Assembly: GCA_048213135.1 (NCBI GenBank)
Contig: PS015093.1
Location: 62,001-97,298, forward strand
Source of the DNA: Reclinomonas americana ATCC 50394
Taxonomy: Eukaryota
DNA: 35,298 nucleotides
Direction: 5' to 3'
The translations under genes and the position numbers were made by a program. Shown here piece after piece: positions 22,001-32,415 of the stretch. Within the stretch, counting starts at the first letter, position 1. Each line of letters opens with the position of its first letter. Under the pieces are notes generated by a model, which saw only the letters and a program-made list of their open reading frames with translations, did no database searches and was not told the DNA's origin.

Positions 22001-25000
22001 CACACCGCGTCCACAAGCGCGGATCCGGCTGCGAATACAACGAAGAGAGAGAGAGAGAGAGAGAGAGAGTGAGAATATGCGGTCTGCAGAATCGCGAACA
22101 CAGCATGCACACCTCGCCCCCGTCTCGACGCGGCAGAGCCACGGTCTGCGGGTTTGGCGGCACGGAGAGTACGGTTCGTCCGAGAGCAGATGGCGCAAAG
22201 ATGGCCCGCAGTTGCTCCAGATGCGAATACGTGTGCTCAATGTCACCGACGGGGCGCAGACTCGTCACCACCGTGCCAAACACTGCAATTTCTGCACTCA
22301 TCGATTGCGCCAGTTCCTGCAGGGAAGCAAGTGTCAGCCACATTTCTGAAAAGTCACATGAACACACACACACACAAGACCTTCAGCGCTCCGTCAATCG
22401 CGGACATGAAGGGAGCCATGCGGATCAATGCCACGGCCTGCTCGTAATCCATCTGGCTCATGATGGCATGCACCGCCGCCCACAACTCCGTCAAAAAGTG
22501 CGTCTGATCCAGCAACCGCGAGCGGTCCATTACTGCACGCACGCATCGCACATGAGCACACGCGCGATACCACGTAACGAGAGGGAGACAAACACAAACA
22601 CACACACAACGCAACAGATCGTGACGGCACAGAGGAGGGCGTCGGATCGGAAGCGCGGAAGCAGAAGCGCCAAACGCGCGTAATAACTCCATTCCGCGCT
22701 CTCATCGGAGCGTGGCCACGGAGCGCTCCATTCCTCACGTGGTCGCTGTCGAACAAACGAGCGATAGACCGCCGGGTGCACAACTATCGCCTCCGCCAGT
22801 ACTGCCAGCTCGCGGACACACGAAGCCACGGAAATGAAGCGACTCAACGGTCGTCTGCCTGCACCGTCACCCATTTTCTCGTCGGTGCCATCGTCCTCGT
22901 TGTCGTGCTCATCGTCATCATCATCACCACCGTACGCATCCAATATCCACTGGCACAGCGCGTGCACTAGCCGGTCTCCAATTGTCGTGGCCAGCGATTG
23001 CAGGCCGGCCACTTCTGCACCTCGTGCCTCGTCATCAAACAGTGCCTCGAGCACGGCCAGCACCAGACGTGTGGCCGTCACGAAGCGCGCGTCAAACGCA
23101 GTAACACGATCCCACGACGGTCGTGGTACCTCACCACCTGCACCGTCAGCGTCAACACCGTCGTCTTCTTCCTCCCGCAGGTTTCCCAAATCACCGCCGA
23201 ATCCCTCCTCTAGAACGTAAAGCGACGCGTCCACGGCATCGTTAACCAGCGATGCCGACAACGCCTGCAGTCGAATACCGAGATACCGACACTCCTCTAC
23301 CACAGTCACCATTCTTCGCAACTCTTCCGTCGTCCAAAAACTGTGACCTCGCGTCATTTCGTCACCGTCACTCAACATGGACACATCCCCCTCTCCTCGT
23401 TCTTCCTGACTCCGTGTCGCTGGATGCGATCTCGTCAACTCTGTCACCACCTTGTAGACCTCTGTAGAAAGAGCAGTCAGCGGAACCACCGCTCGTCCGT
23501 CCCACAGCGCCTCCTGGCGCCGCCACATGGCATCTTCCTCGAGCAGTGTTGCCATCTCAATCACTTCGACATTCTCCTGCGCGGCGTCATCGTCGGCAGG
23601 GTCCGACGTGTTGGTGGCGACCGACATGTTGTCGCCACGCGGCGCACCATCGTCACCACCACCAGTACCCTCCTCGTCCTCGTCGTCGTCGTCGTCATTG
23701 ACACCCGTCATTCGAGTTACCGCAGAGGCAGTCGTAGTGCGAGATCGTGAACCAGTAGGTTCGTGAGCGGGCGGAGTGGTAACAACTGGCGGCACCGCAC
23801 GACTGGCAGTATCGGCCGACGGAAGCACAGCGACTCCATGTGACGGCAGTGGCCGCTTCTCTCGCACGGGTTTCGGGCGCGCCGGCGGGATCTCGTCGAG
23901 ATCAGGAGGCTCGGGTGTCGAGTGCGCCGAGTTACGGTCCCAGTCACCGTTACTGCCGGGAGCAGAGGAAGAAGAAGAGGTGGCAGGAACCACGACCACT
24001 CCACTCTTCGCCGTCTGTGCCGACGACTCCGACGAGAGATCAACAGTCACTCCGTGACGACGGTGCTGCTGCTGCTGTTGCTGTGATTGTCGCCCGGCAG
24101 CAAGAGGCGGAGGCGGTGGTGTGGAGACACCGCTGGCCGCTGCAGTAGGCGACCGATCTGTAACCGCCTGTGAACGATTGAAACGCTGCCGTCGTCGCTC
24201 CAGTCGTTGCATGTCATCCAGAGCGCCGTCGAACTCCAACGAAGACGACGAGAAATCCAGATGCGCACCACTTCCACCGCTGGAGCCACGCTTGCCGTGC
24301 AGAGCCCGTGCCGTCGTTGGAGACACCGGCGTCACTGGTGTATCGGGTGGACCCTGCGTTGCGGAGGTTGCTTGCGGACTGTTCATGACAGCTGCTGCTG
24401 CTGCCGCAGCCGCCGCCGCCGCCGCCTCGCCTCCCGTCTGCGCCACATACGGCGTTCCCCACACACACAGAGTCAATGCCGTAAACGCACCCCGTACCAC
24501 CAAGTGCTCCGTCACAATCTGCAACGAGGGACATCATGCATGTGAGAGACAGATTCGATGTGACATGCAACGATGTGCACACACACACACCTCATCAGCG
24601 ACGAAAAAGTCGCAGTGCTGCTGCTGACCGGCAAACTCGCACGTGTGCTGATCGCCACTACCACCATCTCCATCACCGTCAGTGCGAATGCGCACAGGCA
24701 GCATGCCAGCCTCGACCTCCGAAACCTGCATGCATTGGCATGTCATGGAAAGTCACACACACACAGCATCTCTCCCGCTGTCGCTCACTCACCGGTGCCG
24801 ACACCGCCGCGGCTGCAGTGAGCGGCTGATAGAAGACAGTGAACGAGAAGCGATCCGGCTGCGTCGCCCCCACGTGCGTCTGCAGTCGCGGATGCGCGGC
24901 GGCGCCCAGAGGAACCACCTGCAGGCGTTCGACGCGCACCGCCTTTTGGAATCGCACGCCTTCCACTCGCACAGCAGGCGGAGTCACACCGCCATCACCT

Positions 25001-25053
25001 TCACTGACAGCCGGTGGCGAAGGCGCAAAGGTGCCACAAAAGACAAGTTTCAT
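16054..25053 (-). CDS. VIRMA: Virilizer/VIRMA homolog (m6A writer accessory subunit), about 18 exons
   Basis: The spliced N-terminus MKLVFCGTF...VRFQKAVRVERLQVVPLG...GATQPDRFSFTVF...IVTEHLVVRGAFTALTLCVWG matches the VIR_N pattern (LLFxDTF, VRF, GETSP, LVLRGWYxxLTLAIYG). It is followed by an acidic/Pro-rich linker, a long helical region and a P/R/G-rich tail. Exons chain in frame except across the 19886-20107 gap. Confidence 0.85.
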
Positions 25054-25266
25054 GGACGAAGTGTGTGGCGGAAATGTCGCGCGCACTCACACTCCGCCTC
25101 GCCACACAACGAAAGAGCGAGAGTGTGTGGAGCGTGCAATAGACACACGCGCAAAGAGAGACAGCACCTGCAAACGCGCAGGTAACACGCACACACACGC
25201 ACGACGTCAAAGTGAGTGTGGACAGTGTCAGGCTGCGAGCAACAAAAGGCCACAAAACTCACTTCG

Positions 25267-28200
25267 ATGGAGCGTCGCGTGCAGGTCTCCTCCCGCTCTT
25301 CCCGCCCTTCCCGCCTGTCTCTCTGTCTTACACACTCTCTCTCTCTTACACAGAGGTTCCCCAATGTGGTGGACTTTGTGGCCAAGGCGGAGATGCGTGC
25401 GCGCTTTCGCATTCGACCGTCGCAGAACACGCGACACCTGATGCGCGGTGAGATGACCGAGGACATTGCGCAGAATGTTGACAAGTGCGCGGAGGATGCG
25501 GTGAGAAGAAGAAGAAAGGATGAAAAGGAAGTTGTCTTTTCGCGATCCGGTCATTCTCATGGATATTTCCGCACGTAGGCGTCGGTGTTGAGGGTGTTTC
25601 GTCACCTGCGACGCATGCAGCGATCAAAGGTCACTGGTGAAGGTGATGCCGACGACCCCACCATGATGGTCTGTCTACACAAGCATGAGCTGTTGTCTGG
25701 TCATTGTCAGCTCATTCATCGACATCGTGCAGGTCGTGGCCAGCCTGCAACTGGACTACTACTCACTGGTGTCGTCGTACAAGGCCAAGTGGGTCACACC
25801 GTTGATTCTGTGTGCGCCACTGGTGGAGCAGGCGTTGCGGCATCTCACGTATCCGCCTCTGGTGTCGGTGACCATTACGAGGGATGCACCGATTGTGCCC
25901 GACTGTTCTTCGTTTGTGGGCTCGCTGCTGCGGGCGCACACGTTGTTGCAGGAGCTGCGCATTGTGGAGCACGAGTGTGTGTTGGAGTTGCCGGAGACGC
26001 GGGCAGAGTTGAACGAGACGATTGCCCGCGGTCACTTGCGGCAGCTGCACTTGCAGGCGTGTGGCATCAACGATATGCAAATGGTGGAGCTGTGCGCGGC
26101 GTTGCATGCGCCGGGTAATGTGCTGAGCGATTTTTCGGTGGCCGGCAACATCATTAGCAAGTCGGAAACAATGGCTGCGCTGCGTGACGCGCTGGTGTCG
26201 CCACACTGTGCGGTGGTGGCGTTGGATGTGCGCGACTGCTTCATGTCGCAGCCGGACCTCGTGGCGCTGTCGGCCACTGTCGGGCGACCGGAGTCACGCA
26301 TCGAGCGGTATCTCTTTGATCAGTGTTGAGTGAGACTCTGTCGCTGTTGACGCCGGGGCCTCGTGATCTCACACCGACAATGTGTGTGTGTGTTGCACAG
26401 GCTCGCTGCAGTGCTTTGATCATGTGGAACCTCTGGCGCCACTGGCGCACAGTCGATGTCTGCACAGTCTGCTCTACTCGTTCCAGTGCACCTGCAACAC
26501 GTCGAGCACAAGCAGTTGCACAAGTGCTTGTGCCTCGAGGTGTCTGTCCGTCATGATTTACATTGCTGAGCCGTTTTTTTGGGTGCAGAACCGCTCGAGG
26601 ATCGCGACGCAGCGCTGGAGGAGCATGCGGAACAGACGCTGGCCAATGTGCTCTGTCTGCCGACTATGGAGACGGCGTCGTTCCGCGTGTCGTGCTACCG
26701 GCCACGATGTTTGCATTGGACATTCACCCACGGTCATCACCTCGCACACGCCTTGAGCATGGCCGCCTCGTTGACAGACTTGAGCTTGCTTGGTGCGGGA
26801 AAGAAGGACGAGGATGTGTTTAATGGACAGGTTGCTCACCACCCTTTCCGTTTGTGCCGCAGAGGTGCCGTTCACGGATGCGGCTGGCATTCAGTTCTTC
26901 GAGGCGCTGAAATCGGCCCCTGCCCTGAAAATTGTCACTCTTGATCGTGCGTACTTGTTTTGCCAGCTTTTGCATCTCCCTCTCCACTCTCGCTAATGCT
27001 TTTCACATGGCTGCAGGCAACGAATTCACGGCGAATTGTTGCACGGCTCTCCTCGACGTCATCAAGGAGACGCAGACGATTGAGACTTTCTCACTCTACG
27101 GTGCGTAATGAGAAGTGAGAATTGTGTGTCCGTGCGTGGTATCTCACTCGAACGGTGGGCGCAGACTCACCAATCTTCAACTTGGGCGACAAGCCGCGCA
27201 CGGACATTGCCGAGGCAATCGCCACCACACGAATCAAGCACCTGTCATTGCGGTTGCGTCCTCCTGCTCTCTTGTCTGCTCTACGTTGCAGCTCACCACC
27301 CACTCGCAGAGCTGCGTGGCTTGGCGTCGATGGCGGAAGTGCCGTGGCCGATGGCATGCAACTGAATACCACGATGGAGTCGCTACGGCTTGTCTGTTGC
27401 GTGCTGCTTCCTCCCTCTCTCTTTTCCACGTCAGTGAACGCTCACTGTCTCCGTTCGGCAGCCAACCGCATCGGCTCTTCTTCGGCCAAGATCATGCAGG
27501 CCGTCAAGGCGCATCCCACGCTGAAGAGGCTGGAATTGTGCGTACCAGCGTCGTACCAAATTCTCCGCACGATTTCCTCATGGTGGTCGCACACAGGTCA
27601 CGCAACTGGATCCGAGACTCATGTATGGACGCCCTGTACGAGTTGGTACAGCAGTCGACCACTCTCGAGCAACTCGAGCTGGACTCCAACGAGTTGAGTC
27701 GTGGCTGTGAGGCCATCATTCGTGCGCTCATTGACAATCCGCGCACGAATCTCAAGATTCTGGCCCTGACCGGTCTGTGTGTGCCTCTTTTCCCTTCACC
27801 TCCATCAGCAGCTGGTCACTCACCTTTGTCGTCTGCAGGCAACTACACCGCGTGGGAGACGGTTGACGTGCTGCCGTACATGGTGGCCACCAACACGTCG
27901 CTCACGTGCCTCAACCTGGCCGACACTCTCGAACTGCCGCACCGACAGCGGCAAGAGTTTTTGAAGGGCGTGGCACACAACATACACTTGCAGTCGGTGA
28001 ACTCGCTGGAGGTGATGCGGCGAGGTGCGTCCATCATATTGAAAAATGGTGTCGTTCTGTGTTTTCATTTCCTCACGAAACCAACAAGCAGACGACGAGC
28101 TGGTGCTCCTCTCCATGGTGGACCTCAACAAGGAGTACAAGCAGCTGCAGAGCATGTGGGCGGTGCTGGAGGAGGCCGAGGCCGAGTTGGCCACGATTCT

Positions 28201-28378
28201 GTCCGCCGAGGCACTCCACCTCATGTTCGCGGTGCGCGACATTTGCGTCAATCAAACGCGCGATCTTCTCCAACGACGCACGCGAAAGTGGCCGATGCCA
28301 CTAACACCGCCCTACGTGCTGGATCGCCAACAGGCGGGCGATGCACCGTCATCCGCTCCTCCACGAGCCCTAGAGTAA
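25267..28378 (+). CDS. RNI-like leucine-rich repeat protein, multi-exon
   Basis: Repeated LxxLxLxxN/C units (LRQLHLQACGI, LEQLELDSNEL, LKILALTGN, LTCLNLAD, LKIVTLDRNEF); introns often fall at the repeat Asn/Cys; stop TAA at 28378. Confidence 0.8.
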
Positions 28379-28411
28379 CCGCAAGTGGGGGGAGGGTCGG
28401 ACGGGGGTGAT

Positions 28412-31038
28412 TCACCACGGTGCACCGTCTGTCAGTGAATCCAGTAGAATGTCCATTGGCGCCCGCTCCACCGCCGGTGGTGGTGGTGGCGCGGCACTGC
28501 TCCCGCCCTTTCTTGTTGCACCCGTCCCCGGCGCAGTGGCAGCACTGCTCCGCTGCGCTGCGGCCACCTGCCGCTGTCGCTTCCACGCATGCTTCATCCA
28601 CTTTTCCGTGGCCTGGATCGCGTCAAACTCGGTGCTGCTGGCCTCGGAGCGGGCGGTGGTGGCACTGAGCGACGGTCGCTCGCCAGTTGCCACAGCCGAC
28701 AGGCGCATCGGCGAGCCAGTCAGCGGACCGCCGACCATGGCGGGCGCCGGTGTCACCGCCAGTGACGCACCTCGATCGTCGACCCGGAACAAATCGTCGG
28801 AGAGATCGTCATCGTCCACCTCCTCATCTTCATCGTCGTCATCTTCCTCCTCCTCCTCCTCATCCTCTTCGTCCTCGGCCTCCTCCTCCCCCTCATCACC
28901 ATCGTCGCCGACGACACCGTCCTCTTGCCGACCGGGACGCCGCACATCACTTCGGTCGTCGTCCGTGCCAGTCGACACACTCTCGTCGTCGCTCGGCTGC
29001 GGAAATATAGAAGTGAGACGCACAAACACACACAAAGAAACCCCAACAAGACAGCTTCCTCACCTCTAGCACTTCGATATCGCTTCCGGCAGCACCTCCA
29101 CCGCCGAGGCCACCCCACCCGCTGGCGGACTCGGGCAGCGCCACTGCCATACCGTCCAGCAAGTCTCCCATCAGACCCATCCCTCCGCCGCCGCCTCCGC
29201 CACCACCACCACCACCGTCGTCATCAAGTTGCAGGATTGGCAACTGCGCCGGGTGAACGGGAAGTGGATCGGTGAAGAAATAATCGTGCTGCAGAGCCTC
29301 GCTGGCCGTGATGCGCCGCGCCGGATCGTACACCAACAGGCGAGACAGCAGCGCCAGCGCACCGGGGGTGGCACGTGGCACAAGTGACTGTGCGCGACAC
29401 AGTGAGGAAAAGTCGGCAAGGAAAGCAAAAAGAGGGCCCGTCACACCTCCAACGGCAGCGCCGACATGTCGGGAAACGAGATCTTGTTGTAGTCCGGCAG
29501 CTCCTCCAAGCCGGGCCAATTGTGTGCGTCGGGTGTGCCGAGTGCGGAAATCACTCGCTGCAGCTGATCAATGTCACTCTCGCCGGCAAACAGCGGCGCA
29601 TGATTGAGCATCTCGGCCATGATGCAGCCGACGCTCCACATGTCCGCCGAGTAATCGTAGTGGCGCGAGCCAAACAGCAACTCGGGCGCACGGTACCAGC
29701 GTGTGGCCACCTGATGACTGTACGGTCGATCGGCCGCGTTGCCGCCAAACACGCGCGCCAGACCAAAGTCGGCCAATTTGAGCACACCGGAGCGCGACAG
29801 CAGCATGTTGGCCGGCTTCACATCGCGGTGCATAATGTGCTGTGCGTGGCAGTGCGCCAGTCCACGCAGCATCATCACCAGCAGGCATTTCATCTCGCCC
29901 TCGGTCAGCAGGCGCGGGAGGCGGTGCACGAGGTGGTGCAGGTCGGTGTGCATGAACTCAAAGACCATGGTTAGCTCGGATCCGTTGACGAAGACGTCGT
30001 ACATGGGGACCACCTGGGGGAGGGAAAGGGGGTAAGGGGGAGGAAAGGGGGAGGAAAGGGGGAAGAAAGGGAGAAGGGCGAAAAGAGGGAAGGGTGGGGA
30101 AAGGGGAGGGGGAAGGGGGAAGGGTGAGGAGAAGAGAGGAGAGGAGAGGGTGAAGGAGAAGGTGAAGGAGGAGGAGAAGAGAGGAGAGGGCAAGGGAGAG
30201 AGATTGGAGAGGAGAGGGCAAGGGAGAGAGATTGGAGAGGAGAGGAGAGGAGAGGAGAGGGTGAAGACAAAGGCGAAGGAGAAGGTGAAGGAGAGGAGAA
30301 GGTGAAGGAAAAGAGTGAAGGGTACAGGGGGAACAGGAAGAGGGAAGGGAGACTGAGAACGTCGACGTGAAGTGAGAATGAGAAAAGGAAGAGACTGTAG
30401 GGGAGAGACAGCAGGAGGAGAAGAGGAGAGGAGAGAAGAGTAGAGGAAAGGAGAAGGTGAAGGCGAGGAGAGGGCGAAGGGGAATGGAAGAGGGAGACTG
30501 AGAACGTCGACAAGAAGTGAGAATGAGGAAAGGAAGAGACTGAAGGGGAGAGCGGAGGACTGACAGAGAGGACAGAGAGACAACAGACAGACAGGGACGA
30601 GGAGAGACAGCAGGAGGAGAAGAGGAGAGAGGAGAGGGCGAATGGAAGAGGGAGGGGAGGGGAGACTGAGAACGTCGACGAGAAGTGAGACAGAGGAGAG
30701 GATGCTCCCAAGGGGAGAGAGGAAGACACACAGAAAGACAGCAGAGGGGGAGAAGAGCAGGGAGGGGAGTTACCCAAATTCCTCAACATTCTCATGCGAC
30801 AACTGCTGCAACGACTGCATCTCACGCAGCGCATTCGTCGGATTCCGGTCGGGTGTCTTGCGCAGTCGCACACACTTGAGCGCCACAGTGCTCCCAGTGG
30901 GAATATGCCGCGCTTTCAACACCACACCAAAAGTCCCTTCAAAAAGAACGACACAGACATGAGAGAGTGAGAAAAAACGCACGCAAGCGAGGAGAGCAGA
31001 CCTTCGCCAATGCGCCCAAGTGTCGTATACTCTTCCAT
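28412..31038 (-). CDS. CDK20: Cyclin-dependent kinase 20 (CCRK/LF2-like), 5 exons, with long acidic C-terminal extension
   Basis: MEEYTTLGRIGEGTFGVVLKA, PTNALREM, HRDVKPANML, LKLADFGLARVF, RPYSHQVATRWYRAPELLFGSR, WPGLEELPDYNKISF, HDYFFTDPLP. The YSHQVATRWYR and LPDYNKISF motifs are CDK20-typical. Confidence 0.9.
30014..30787 (-). repeat. Expanded CDK20 intron 2: polypyrimidine (sense) low-complexity tract with three imperfect tandem units of about 145-170 nt
   Basis: GACTGAGAACGTCGAC..AAGTGAGA recurs at about 30351, 30496 and 30664 on the + strand. Confidence 0.85.
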
Positions 31039-31094
31039 CGCTCACCGGCGACACGCAAACAAAGAAAACGTCCTGTGCAGGACACTTTTCACGA

Positions 31095-32374
31095 ATGCTC
31101 TTGTGCGCGACGCTCACTCGCCGCCTCTTCTCCATCATGAGTCGCCGACGACAAGCAGGCTACTTCGACCCGCCTGCAGCAAAGACCGCACCTGCAACAA
31201 CAATACCCGTGCAGGAGAAGAAGGAGGACACAAAAGAAGAGATGCCGAAGTCGAAGCCGCGCAGCAGAGAGCCTGTGCTCATCACAGAGCCCAGTTACGC
31301 CTCACACTGACTCAGTGCGCTCACCAGTGACTCATCTGTGCGCGTGTCCTCAGCATCCGCGCATCGAGAACTTCGCGTAGAGGCGCCCGTGTCGCCCTCG
31401 GACTCGCGCGTGCTCACTGTGAGTCTCCTCGGGCGCCCCAACGCCGGCAAGTCGACGCTGCTCAATCGCATTGTGGAGCGCCACGTGTCCATCACCTCGC
31501 CCAAGCCGCAGACCACGCGCACGGCCTTGGCCGGGGTGTGGACTCCATCGCCAGTGCAGATTGTCTTTTACGACACCCCGGGCGTGTATGGCGGCGACAC
31601 AACCGCGCGTTTGGATCGTCCGTTGACTGTGGTGGCGTGGGATGCAGCGTTCTCCACTGACCAGGTGCTGTTGGTTGTTGATGTGGCGGCCACGGAGGGA
31701 CTGCGATCGGTGCACTCGTTTCTTGACGCGTTGGAGCGCGACGTCGACGCGGAAGGCAGCGTGCGGCGAGTCACGCCTGTGCTCAACAAGGTCGATCTGA
31801 TCAAGGACAAGCGTGCGCTGTTGGCGGTGATGCGCGACTTGTCGTTGCGGCCGAGCGTGGGCGAGATCTTCCCGGTCAGCGCGGAGACAGGCGAGGGCGT
31901 CGACCCACTGCGCGAGTATCTGCGCAAGGCCGCGCAGCCGGGCGAGTGGGCGTACCCGGCGCACGTCGATGCCGCGCTCGGCGATGTCGATCGTGCGGCG
32001 GAGCTGGTGCGCGAAAAGGTCTATCGATACGCGCATGGCGAGGTGCCGTACCAGGTCAAGATCATTACGCGCGGGTGGACCGACTTCCGCAACGGCGACC
32101 TGCGCATCGATCAGGATATCATGGTCGACAAGCTCGGCCAGCAGGTTGCGCGTCTTGCATCGGTCTCTGTTGCACGAGGGGAAAGACTCAGCGTTTTGTG
32201 CAGAAAATCCTCGTGGGCAAGGGCGCTGCGGTGATCCGTCGCATCAGCACAGAGGCGCGCGAGGAGCTGGAGCAGCTGTTCTCACGACGAGTGCATCTCA
32301 TCTTGCAAGTGCGGCAACGGAAGCGCGGGGCAGGCGATCGGAGAGCAGCCGCCGACCATTCATCGGTCGACTGA
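31095..32374 (+). CDS. ERAL1: GTPase Era, probably mitochondrial (ERAL1-like), 3 exons
   Basis: Arg-rich leader MLLCATLTRRLFSIMSRRRQ; G1 GRPNAGKST, ITSPKPQTTR, DTPG, NKVD, VSA; KH region EVPY...KILVGKGAAVIRRI...VHLILQV; introns start at 31294 and 32145. Confidence 0.92.
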
Positions 32375-32415
32375 GGCAAGGAAGGAGAAGCATAGTAAAA
32401 CACGAATAGAACGCC

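Noticed and set aside
26321-26336. Apparent in-frame TGA just before a GTGAGA donor in the LRR gene (readthrough or code change)
   Set aside because: The upstream T|GTTGAG donor at 26325 gives a stop-free, LRR-consistent frame (FDQCSLQCF). TAA and TGA both end genes normally, so there is no sign of a variant code.
29441-30873. Long hydrophobic L/S/P/F-rich ORFs suggesting a membrane-anchored CDK
   Set aside because: They are translations of the polypyrimidine intron; splicing HEN|VVPM restores a normal CDK20.
31095-32374. Era as bacterial contamination or recent horizontal transfer
   Set aside because: It has two spliceosomal introns and a targeting-peptide-like leader, and organellar Era is standard in eukaryotes.
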